64,000 nucleotides of DNA from Mytilus trossulus. Lineage: Eukaryota. The stretch's first letter is position 1. Every line of letters starts with the position of its first letter. Positions 14,685 to 26,100 of this stretch are shown in pieces. The stretch spans positions 38,750,001 through 38,814,000 of the forward strand of contig NC_086378.1 in the NCBI RefSeq assembly GCF_036588685.1, read 5' to 3'. Below the pieces are notes generated by a model, which was not told where the DNA came from, did not search any database, and worked only from the letters and a program-made list of their open reading frames with translations. The position numbers were made by a program, and so were the translations under genes.

Positions 14685-14930
14685 GATACTGGCACTATCA
14701 TTTTTTATGTTCAGTGGACAGTAAAATTAGGGTCAAAACTCTAATCTGGCATTACAGTTAGAAAGATCATATCATAAGGAACATAAGTACTAAGTTTCCA
14801 CTTAATTGGACTTCAACTTCATCAAAAACTACCATAACCAAATACTTTAAGCTGAACCAGGACAGAGAGATGAACGGACACACAGACCAAAAACATAATT
14901 CCCCTCTACTATCGTACGTAGGGCATAGAA
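14685..14930 (-). mobile_element. Short HINE/DINE-like non-autonomous element downstream of the URI1 stop
   Basis: GGAC/AGAC microsatellite-like block followed by a terminal hairpin region (cccctctactatcgtacgtagggcata), same layout as the other HINE-like copies here. Confidence 0.5.
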
Positions 14931-15050
14931 ATATATTCTTGTTTTGCACAGACCACAATTTATAACACTTTCCAATCATAATCAACAAATCAAATGTTAT
15001 TTCAATTTTAATATATGATAGTGATGATATAAAATATGATGCTCTGATTT

Positions 15051-18048
15051 TCATGTTTGATCTAAACCTTGTTGTCTAGCTTTAAACCTTGACATTCTTA
15101 CTGGTTTGTCTTGTACAATTCCTACATTAGTGTCACTGGAGGATTTCATTTGAGTTGACCGCTCAACAACAGAATCTGAAAATGCCTGGAAAAGAAAAAA
15201 TAAATAATATAAAATAATTGTTTTGTCCTCATGGTGACATTTTTTTTTAAAGATAGAGATGTAAGAAAATTGTACTATTTTTATAACCAATTATACATCC
15301 AGTTTCATTTTTTCATATCAAGAATAAAGTTGTCTACGTAGTATGACACTTATTTTGAACATCAAAATGCCAAACATTATATACTGCATGAAAATTGTAT
15401 ATTCTTGTTAATATAAATTACTTTACAATATTGCAAATTTGTTGACACTGGTGTCTGTTCTGAGCTACGAGTCAGCTGCATGTCAAGTTGTCAAAAAATA
15501 ACCATAATCACTTGAAAAATATTTTCTTGATCCATGTTTCAAATTTGGAGCATTTAAAAAAACAGCTGTGCCATGAACGCATGATAAGCCCGACATCTTG
15601 TGTGGAAGTTTTATGCAATAATCATAAATAGTTTCTGATAAAGTTTTAAGAAATAACCATTTATTGTTTTTGAGACATGGCGGGACATGTGAAACCCCCC
15701 ACCCTGTTTTTTTTTTACAAATATCACTAAAATAAAATTTTGAATCAAACCAAAAAGTATACAGATCTTTAAATTAATATAAAATAGAAGTGTGTACAGT
15801 TGAAGCAATAATCATAAATCGTTTTTGAGATACGGCATGTCATGTAAAAAAAACCTCCCCCTTTTTAACAAAATACTCAATAACTCAAAAATGAAATTTT
15901 GAATCATCACCAAAAAGTATACAGATATTAAGATTAATATAACTAAGAAGTGTGTAAAGTTTTAAGCAATAATCAAGAATCGTTTTTGAGATACGGTGCA
16001 ACATGTGAAAAAAAACCACACCCCTGTTTTAGTTACAAAGGGCAGTAACTCAAAAACTTTAAATCTTATTTTCACCAAAAAGTATACAGATCATTTGACC
16101 ATCATAAAAAACAACTATATTAAGTTTCATGAAATTTAGATAAGTCGTTCTCAAGTTACAGTGCAACATGTTTACGCTGGACAGATGGACAGACAGACGG
16201 ACACTGGACATTTGTATACCATAATACTTCCCGTCAAAATTTTGACGGACGTATAAAAACTTACAACAGGAGCAGTGACAGGCACTTCATCTTTACTATC
16301 ATTGGGAATCAATCTGACACTTTTCTTTGTCTGACGTTTCTCCCTATCACCCTTTAGTATAGATCTTGGTCCTGATGTAGGATAGAACTGGGAGTATATG
16401 TCTGCTGGAGATTTGATATCTGTCTCATTTATCTCTGTGTCATCATCATCATCTGTACTATCCACTCGAGAAGCAGTCTAAAATAGAAAAGTAATATATT
16501 GTATGATCCTAATTAATACCAAACAAATATCCAAAGCTGCTTCTTTTGATGATTGTGTTGTAGTATTTATGAGGACTCCATTGTTACTTGACACAATACA
16601 ATAATACAGCCAAAAACTTCATCATAATCTGTCCATATAAACCCTCAGAAAAATAGCAATTTACTTAAGTTTTCAGCTGTGTGAACATGCAATATATTGT
16701 ACATATTAAAGACAAAAATTATTCATTTGGAATAACAAATACCAAGACTTTCTTACATTTCAATGCCATAGGTGCTGTGCAGCAGTGTATACTTCGGAAT
16801 GATCAAAGCTATCTTAAATCAAAAAGTTTGTGTAAAGTCTGTCATTTGAGAATATTTGGTCCAACAACATGATCCATCACAGGTAAATGATCAGATATAT
16901 AATGTTATTTTAAGAATTAGTGTTAGATATCAGCCAAGAGACTGTCTTGATATAGATTAGTTGTCAAGTTTCCAAATATCAAAAAAGAAAGTCTGAAGTA
17001 AAAGTATATCATTCCTCCAAAGAAGACTGTTTATTTACCTTTTTTGTTGCGGTATGAGAAAATTTGATTATTTTTGTCACAGATCCAGGTTCACTTCCCT
17101 CGTCATCTGATTCTGCACTTTCTGATGATGATTCCTGAGCCTCTGCGTCATTGATGTCAGCATCTCCAGAATCTGATCCACTTCCAGTGTCAATACTGAG
17201 AATGCTATCATCACTATCATAACTTTTGTGTAGTAGTATTTCATCACTTGTAACCCTATGAAGAAATAATAACACGGTAACTTTTTGAAGTTCAGCTTAT
17301 TAGTTGGTTATAAATTATATACATATATTTTTCATAACCTATCAATTAAGGTAACAGGGACAATAACAACATTGTTAAAATCACGAAAATGATTTCAACT
17401 TAACACTGAAATTTTCATTTATATCATGGTGGTTGTAAAGTTTTACGTAAACACATGTGCTTGTACATTCATGACAGGTTTTCTAATTCAATGAACTTTT
17501 AATTAGAAATAACAAGTCAAATCTTCAAGCATTACAAAAAAAAAGTTGACAACTGATCATTTAAGTGAACTCTTTAAGTCAACGGACTATAACTTTGCAC
17601 AAAAACATTTGACCTGAACAAAATTCGAATTTGAGCTGTAATTTGTCATGGTTAAACTATCATACTATATACCAGTTTAAGTTATATTTTTTAATTAAAA
17701 TTGTTAGATATAATGACCTTTTTAAAATTCACAAAACAAACCAAAGCTTTATAAACTAATCGTCTGGTTGTCAATTATTAGTCGATGTAACTTGAGTAAA
17801 TTTTTTCAGGGAATGATAAAATAATGGCAATAATCTGAGTTGTTTAAGAAAAGGTGAGTAATTTTATAAATAAATAAAGATTCTGTAATTTTACTTGTGC
17901 ATTTCTCTTTTCTCTGATTCAATTCTCTCTAATTCATCTAGTCTATCCCATAATTCTTTATCTGTCATAGTCTTGCCTATTTCTGATGATTCATCTGCCT
18001 TTTTTTTAACATTTTTTTTGTAATCCTTGACATTTTTCTTGTGTTGTG
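15051..18048 (-). CDS. URI1: Unconventional prefoldin RPB5 interactor (URI1), last four coding exons only: 18048-17895, 17255-17039, 16477-16265, 15185-15051. The 5' prefoldin-domain exons were not found in the window
   Basis: In-frame spliced peptide with URI hallmarks: TDKELWDRLDELERIE, acidic D/E/S tract, IKFSHT, IKSPADIY, PRSILK, AFSDSVVER and the C-terminal MSRFKARQQ box; canonical GT-AG sites with consistent phases. Confidence 0.88.
15561..16258 (-). mobile_element. HINE/Helentron-type non-autonomous element with about 3 internal tandem units, in the last URI1 intron
   Basis: Terminal hairpin ccgtcaaaattttgacgg, GACA/GACG microsatellite, and repeated gcaataatca units 160-190 bp apart. 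Confidence 0.75.
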
Positions 18049-19277
18049 CTGTTGATATACATAAATAAAATTATGTGAGCAAACACTAAGAGATAAGATA
18101 TGGCATTCAGAAACATCACTCAAAAAGAAGCTACAATGTATATGGACCAATTGATGCTTACAGAAAATCACCAGATTAGTTGAGGAGGCTGGTATTCAAA
18201 TGTAAATGCAAAAGATGAAAAGAAAAGTCAAAACCCTGTTTCAAATGTCTTTATGCAGAAAAAGTAACCCCATCTTGTCACTGTACAATGTATTTATTTC
18301 TAAAACAATGTTTAAATCTATAGGAAAAAAAATATAAAATCAAAGTGTATCAGTTGTAGTAAATATTTTTTTCAGGTGTTTTTTTCTTTCTCGAAGTGAA
18401 AAATCATTACCATTATCTATATTTGTTTTATGTTTCAATTTGAGCATTAACAGATTAAAAGTTTTCATGGAATTTCTTACCTAACTTTTAAATGATACCA
18501 AAGAAAGTTTTTATTACAAATCTAGGATAAGAAATTTTCACACAAAACACTGAAATCCATCTCCTTCAATTTGAATTGCATTTCATGAATTCTTTGAGGT
18601 ATTAATCAACGAACAATTATTTTTCAAATTGACCTAAGTTATCATAGAACCAACAACCTGATTGAAAACTTTCTTTGACTAAAAGATTATCTCCCCATTA
18701 AAAATGACTTATCCAATTAACAACATTTATTTACAGATTAAAATGGTGTTACATAGAAGCATGCATTATCATTGTAACCACAGCAATTATCAAATTATCT
18801 CTTAATTAATTCACACAGGTGCTTTTAAAATATGTTCAATTACAGGTATAACCCCGCCACTTTATTTATGTATGTGCCTGTCCCAAGTCAGGAGCCTATA
18901 ATTCAGTGGTTGTCGTTTGTTTATGTGTTACATATTTGTTTTTTGTTCATTTTTTTTACAGAAATAAGGCCGTTACTTTTCTCGTTTGAATTGTTTTATA
19001 TTGTCTTATCGGGGCCTTTTATAGCTGACTATGCGGTATGGGCTTTGCTCATTGTTGAAGGCCGTACAGTGACCTATAGTTGTTAATGTTTGTGTCATTT
19101 TGGTCTTTTGTGGATAGTTGTCTCATTGGCAATCATACCACATCTTTTTTTATCAATCTTGGGAGATTGCTTTTTTATATTAATCCCATGAAAGGTTTAA
19201 TTTGCTTTGCAATAAGACTATATTAAATGTAATGCATCACACAAGCAAATGCACTATTTAATTCAAAATTAACTTAC

Positions 19278-22200
19278 TCATATATTGTTGCTGTTTTTAG
19301 TCTCCTTGCATAGGTTTTAACTGCAGTCTTTCTGCTGGCTGGTACTCTATAAAACATATTGAGCCTTTGATTTTAAATTCTGTTTGTAAACTTAAGTTTG
19401 TAGTTATTTGTTTCAATCAAGAAATCATACCCTAACTTTTACAGTAATATTTTTTTATAATTATGGGTCAAGTATACTTAACAATCCTTTGAGCAAACTT
19501 ATTCTTCCAAGTTATCTCACCCCAACTTGGGCCAAGAGGTGTCAAATACTGAAAACAAGCTAACTTGAAGTATAACAAACTAGTCTTTTCCTACATGAAT
19601 TTGCATAAATAATAAATAATCAACTTTTGTCCAACATAGCAAATTGGTAATTACTTATGCAAACTTATTCAATTTTTATTGTCATAAACTTGTACAACTA
19701 AATAACAATATATCAAACATAGGATTAATAAGAATATTTAGCTGGTCAGATAATAGCAACAAAATCTGTACTAAACAGTAATTATTTTTTTTTAAAAACC
19801 AAACAACTACAGGCATTAAAGCACAAATATTTTTATTCATGATCCCTGCACAAAGCTGAACATTATTTGGATCTCATGTTTATTTAAGTTTGGTTTTTTT
19901 TTACAAAAGATGTTTCCTTGTGACAGCTCATTCCAGATAAATTTGAGCATCATCAAAATGAGCAAATTTCAAACCATACCTGGTAGTTCTGACTCTAAGG
20001 GGAACTGCTGTTTCCTGTGATCTAAAATTAAAGTTATGAATTTTACAATTCTTGTAGATAAGTTGGTCTTTTATCATCATAACCTTTTGCCACAAACTTT
20101 ACTCTGAGTAACAGACATACCTGTGCACCTGTGAAAGTTTAAAGCCATGGCTGGAACTAGATTATTAAATTCAACAGATTTTATGGTTCAGAAAATTATA
20201 AACTTTTCTGGATTTTGCTATTCATTTTTTTCATTCCTGCAGAAGGTACAAAAATAAACTTCGTTGGGAAAACGTTTGAAAAGCTCCCCTCATTAATGGA
20301 TGTTGTGAGAAGTATTGATTTAAATGGACAATAGATTGACAATAGACACCTGTAAACAATAGGTGATTTTAACTGTGTAACAGAGTGGACCATATCAAAT
20401 GCAACTCTTTTGTTTGTTTATTTTACATTCTTCTGCAGACTGGAAAAAAAAGGCATGTCTAAATCCAGGTAAGTAATTTATTTTCTGAAACAAAGACTTC
20501 ATATAACTTTAATATATTTAGGTCCTGCCATGCCTTAAAACTTTCCTAGATGCATCAGATTGTTTGTAATCATAGTAGATTTTTGAGTGTGAAAATGGTC
20601 ATATTTTTCAATTCCTTCAGATGAACCTTAATTCAAATCAGTCACAACATCCAATAATGAATATTTTATATTTTATGGTAATATTCTTTACAAAGCACAA
20701 AAAAGTCAGTATTCACCTCAAAAGCTAACAAAACCTTTAAACAGACTTATTAAGAAGGGATGTACATGTAGTTACAACACTGTTGTCAGGTTATTAAAGA
20801 TCGCATATTTTGGCTTTAATATTGATTCACAAATACACATGAAATAGGGTCTTTTCATCGGAATTAAACACATTTATTATAAAACCAGTTGTTGCCATGA
20901 CCCGGGTTATGTTCTTCTCATATATTTCATGATGGTATAATACTAAATCCCTAACAGAAGGGATTTTGTCTGATATTTACATGATTAGACAAAAAATTTC
21001 AATCAGTTTAATTGAGGTCTGGAGCTGGCATGGGAGTAACTGCTAGTTGTTATTTATGTATTACTGTCATTTTGTTTATTTTCTTTTGTTTCATTTTCTG
21101 ACATCGGACTCGGACTTCTCTTAAACTGAGTTTTACTTTGTTTGTGCAAGTGTTTTTTCTACATTCAATGGCTAAAGGTATAGGGGGAGGGTTGAGATCT
21201 CAAAAAACATGTTTAACCCTGCCACAATTTTGTGCCTGTCCTAAGTCGGGATCCTCTGGCTTTTGACAAGTTTGTTAGTCTTGTACAATTTTTCATTTAG
21301 TTTCTTGTGTATAATTCAGAGATTAGTATGATGTCCATTATCACTGAACTAGTATACATATTTGTTTAGGGGCCAGCTAAACGAAGCCTCCGGGTTCAGG
21401 AGTTTCTCGCTGCATTGAAGACCCATTGGTGGCCATCTGCTGTTGTCTGCACTATGAGGGACAAACTCCCCGGCAGTTCCAGTTCCGATCCGCATACGGG
21501 CCCCAATACTTCTCTACACTAAGGTAGCAATACACAGTTAGAAGTTTAGTTTCGCATTATGGCCCCTGTGAATTTTTTAAATATGAAAGTTTTTGTACAA
21601 TAAAATTGATTTTTAGGTAATTGAAGAATAATATAGCCTTCTTAGTGGGTTTATATGAACATTTAGATTGATTTTAACATGTTTTATAGGCCATTTCAAT
21701 GATTGACAGTCCGTATTTTCCTATCCGTACCGTTCATAGGTCCATAAATTATTGTAGTGTTTATCAACAAAGATTTTGCGCTCGATCTTTTCAATTCAAT
21801 TTTATGGAAAAACGAGCAGGAAGACATATGATTTTTTTTGGACCACTTGATAGATATAAACCTATGGATTCAGGAAAGGTATCACTGTAATTCATTGAAA
21901 TTTTCCTTTAGACCAAATTTTGGAGACTTTTGTGACATGTTCACCCCCCTTTTTTGCTATATTTTGTATCTAAGAAATGCAGATTGTTGCCATGGTTACA
22001 CCCAAAAGGGATTATATTTCACCCTTATGACCATTAGAAATCAAATCTATGGAAGATTCTCTTTCTACAAGTATATACATGCATAACACACATATAAAGC
22101 CTTCTTTAGACAGGAGGGGAAAGGGGGTGTTTAAAAATTATGAGTGTCAATTTTAAGTTTTTTTCCTAACTGTGTATTGCTACCTAATTGATGGAGTAAA

Positions 22201-22689
22201 GGAAAATAGTTCCGGAACAGAAACGATCACTGTCCGGAGTTAGTATGAGGGAGGATCTTTTTCAGGACATTTATAGGATCAGTGTTTTTAAAATCAGGAT
22301 TTACAAAATAATTTACTGGATCCGGTAATTCTTTTTTTTTAAATTCATGATGACTGGATGTGTGGATTTAAAGTTCTTAAAATTGGGACCTAGGGAATTT
22401 ATGTGTTTACGCCCCCAACCCAGGTTAATCCTACACTCCTCTATGTTTGGGTTGTAACGTCTCTTTTGACACATTCTCCATTTCCATTCTCAATTTTAAT
22501 TTTACCAATATATCATCAGTATATAATTTAGATATAGGCCTATTTTGCAACAATTTCCTACTTTTCATGACTTTTGTAGCATATACAGTGTATAGTCATG
22601 ATAGTGTTACATTTGTACCTAACTGTGGTTTGCTTTTGTTTGTTGGTTAGATATTCTGCAAGCTGCTTTCTGTGATTTTTGACATCCAT
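19278..22689 (-). pseudogene. FBXO15: Duplicate of FBXO15 exons 1-3 (22689-22619, 20021-19980, 19346-19278), lacking the F-box and downstream exons
   Basis: Lies inside duplication copy 2; the same exons as 8523-8593, 5884-5925 and 5182-5250. Confidence 0.7.
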
Positions 22690-23106
22690 TACTTTACAAA
22701 TTACTGATCAAAATCCATTCCTCACGTTGTAGTTAACCTTATTTTTCAATTAAATCGAAAGTGCTGTGCGTGGTACCGAAAGTAAGAGTTGAAAGTTGTT
22801 TACATGTTGATAAGTGGGAAAAGTAAAGGCTTATTTCGTTCCCATTATATTTTCGCCCTAGATTGGTTCGCCCCTAGAAGTGAATCCGAATAGAATATAT
22901 TTTCAAAGATACCGACCTAAATCAATCGTCATCATACGATTTCATGTGCTTTTATTTGTTTGTACATATGTTTAATGAGAATATCGGGTCATAAATCATC
23001 GACATTCTTCGGAGGTATCTAATAAAATACTGGTACGAGTTTACATTCTAGAGCGGAAACGCAACCATCAATATTTACCGTTTAGAGTTTTCCACACATT
23101 TCCGGT
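22690..23106. promoter_or_regulatory. Putative bidirectional promoter, copy 2
   Basis: Duplicate of 8594-9010 at offset 14096; one substitution seen at 22792. Confidence 0.55.
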
Positions 23107-26100
23107 ATGAACTCCAATGCAAGAATTATTTGCATTAACTCAGAAAATGTCAATGGTTAGATCCCGCTAAGTATTATATGAAGCAAAGTATTTAATTACA
23201 TTAAACACAGGCTAACCTAACATCGCCTGACAATTAATATCCACATGTAAAAAATATAAATCAATGACAAATCGCCCCACTGTCAAATCGCCCCACTTTT
23301 TCACAAACTCTCCCCTCTCTGGTTTATCAACTCGCCCCACTTATAAAAAGGTTAAATCCTTTTGGAAATAGGTTTGTTAAATTGCCCCAATTATGAAAAG
23401 GGTTAAAATCCCACTAAAATAAGGTCTGCCATTACTTCACACTCATGACAAATAGATAAACAAAGATTAATTTAGTAATGCACACTCACCCCACTTAAAC
23501 ATGTATATAAATTTCTCATGTTTGTTTGTTTTCAAAGAAACCATAACTTAAACTTAGCAATCAATTTTTCAACAACAATAAAACCTGCTTAGACTTTTTT
23601 ACTAGCAAAAACCACACCCACACTTATTGTAAAGAATGAATGGGCATTCTCTTTCATATTTACTTGAAAGTAACATTTGCCTTTCAATGATTGCTCGTTA
23701 GTTTTGAATTATTCTTAATTCAAAGACAAAAGTAACCAATCCAGCAAGTGCTATATGATATTTAATTGCTGTTAATTGAAATTCTTCATATTCATAATTA
23801 TAATTTTAGATTTAGTGAAACATCATTTATTTCAATAACAATAAATTTTCGTTTTTGGAAAGATTAGAACTCGTTCTAAATCTTTACTTAGGCACCGGCC
23901 TCCCTAACAACATGAAAGGTTAGCTACTGTTACTAAATGTATTCACACTGAAATATAATTCCCTATGGTTCTCATGTATGCACATAAAAAGTAAAATCAC
24001 AAAAATACTGAACTCAGAGGAAAATCAATTTGGAAAGTCAAGAATCACATGACAAAATCAAAAAACAAAACGCATCAAAAACAAATACACCTATAAACTG
24101 AAAAAAAATGGGTAAATTATTGGAGCAGTTCATTCAAGAATGTATGTCATTAAGGTGTGTTGATGTGCAGGCTTTTTTTTTGAAAATATTATGATAAGGG
24201 AATGGATATTGATACAATACTAGTATGATTGACAACTGTCATTATCACCAAACAATCAGAGACAAGGTGGACATTTAATTACAATGCCCCACTTCCTAAA
24301 CTTTGAATTGACCACATTAGCTATCAATCTTAGTCTTACATGATTATACAGACCATTCAATATACATCTAATCCTTAGTACACAAATATTTGACCTCATA
24401 ATTGAATACACAAATGTGTATATTAGATGTTTGATATATATAAGGACATGAAGGGTGATAGATTTATTTATTGCCAATCACTTTTGATCTACATTACATA
24501 AGGTGATTCTGTAAATTATATCTGAAAGATAAATGATTAATGGATTAACTAGATCTTTAAAAATATTGAAATATGAATATAAATATGAATATACATATGG
24601 TATTCAAGTAAGGCCTCAAATTTACTTGATAAATTTCCAATTATCATCTGTAATTTATCAACAATTTAGATTAGTTCCCATTTTTTTTTCATCTGGAATT
24701 GGCTTGAAACAAATTTTAAATTTTAAAACTTTTAATATAACAAACATTGTTTATTAATTTATTTCCCATCAATTATTATGTTTATTTTAGTCTTGAATTT
24801 TTATTAGAAGTGAATATATATTTTTGCAATCAAGAACGAATCCACATTTCAATAAAAGATTTTTTTTAAATTTGTTTACATTGAAAAAGTACATTTTCAA
24901 TGCCCTGTGTTGAAAAATACTTAAAAAATTGATCAAAAGGCACTCTATAACTATTAATCTTCAATGTCATATAACCTCTGTTTCAAGTTACAAAATGCCC
25001 TAAAACACATTTTTAGATTAATTTTGTTGACACTTAGGTCGTAGGTTTTAGCTGTTGGTCTAGATTTTATGTCTTACAATGATAGTTGGTAACATTTTGT
25101 TACTAGAAGAATTTTTGATTTCATTTGCAACTTTTTTGGGTTTTTTGAAAGATGTTCGGAACAGGCAACATAGTTTCGATAAGATATAAACTGCAGTTTA
25201 AATGAAATTGTGCAAATTAAGAGACCCATATTATTAATTTGAGCTCATTTTATCTTCACACTGGAAGAGCATGTTTCCTTCTAAAGACCTGCTGTTAATG
25301 CAATTTTCAGCAATTGTGCTTTATTTATGTTCATTTTCCCCCACAATGCCTTAATATGAAATAATTCAAACTACTCTTCTAATCATTCCATGAGTGATAT
25401 CCATCATTTTGATTTGTATTCTATGAGATTAGTTTTCATTTAAGTGGGCAGACATGAAAATTGTATATTCATCTAGTCTAAGATATTACCATTTTCATCA
25501 AGTGGGGCGAGTTGGCAGGAGTATAAATATTAACAGGATTTAACCCTTTTTCACAAGTGGGGTGATTTAAAAAAAAAGTAGGGTGAGTATTCAGTTGGTA
25601 AACAAGTTGGGGCAATTTCTTTAAAAGTAGGTCGAGTTGGTGGAAAAGTGGGGCGACTTGCCAGTGGGGCAATTTGTCCTGCTAAGCTTCGATAAAATCT
25701 CCTGAATACTTTAAATAAATCAACTTAGAACCTCTTCTTTTTAGCTCAAGTGAGCTTTTCTCACCACTTGGCGTCCGTCGTCGTAAACAATTTACATTTT
25801 GAACTTCTTCTAGAGAACCACTGAATGGAATGGAACCAAACATGGCATGAATTTCCTTATGAGGTGGTGACCAAGTGTTGTTACTTTGTAGCCGATCGAA
25901 AATCCAAGATGGCCGCCAGCAAGCGACTTAGTTTAACATAGGACCCTATGGGAAATGCATACAAATGACTTCTTTTAGAGAACCACAGAATGGAATGAAA
26001 CTAAACATGGCATGAATGTTCTTTATGGGGTGCTGACCAAGTGTTGTTACTTTGTAGCCGATCCATCATCCAAGATGGCCGCCAGCGGGGGACTTAGTTT

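Larger units (their letters stand above)
18849..25123 (+). repeat. Segmental direct duplication, copy 2 (6,275 bp)
   Basis: Matches 4753-11027; junctions are tacaggta|taaccccg and gatttca|tttgcaa. Confidence 0.97.

Noticed and set aside
17895-22689. FBXO15-URI1 fusion protein
   Set aside because: Intron phases are incompatible (2 versus 1); the joined frame stops after about 14 codons.
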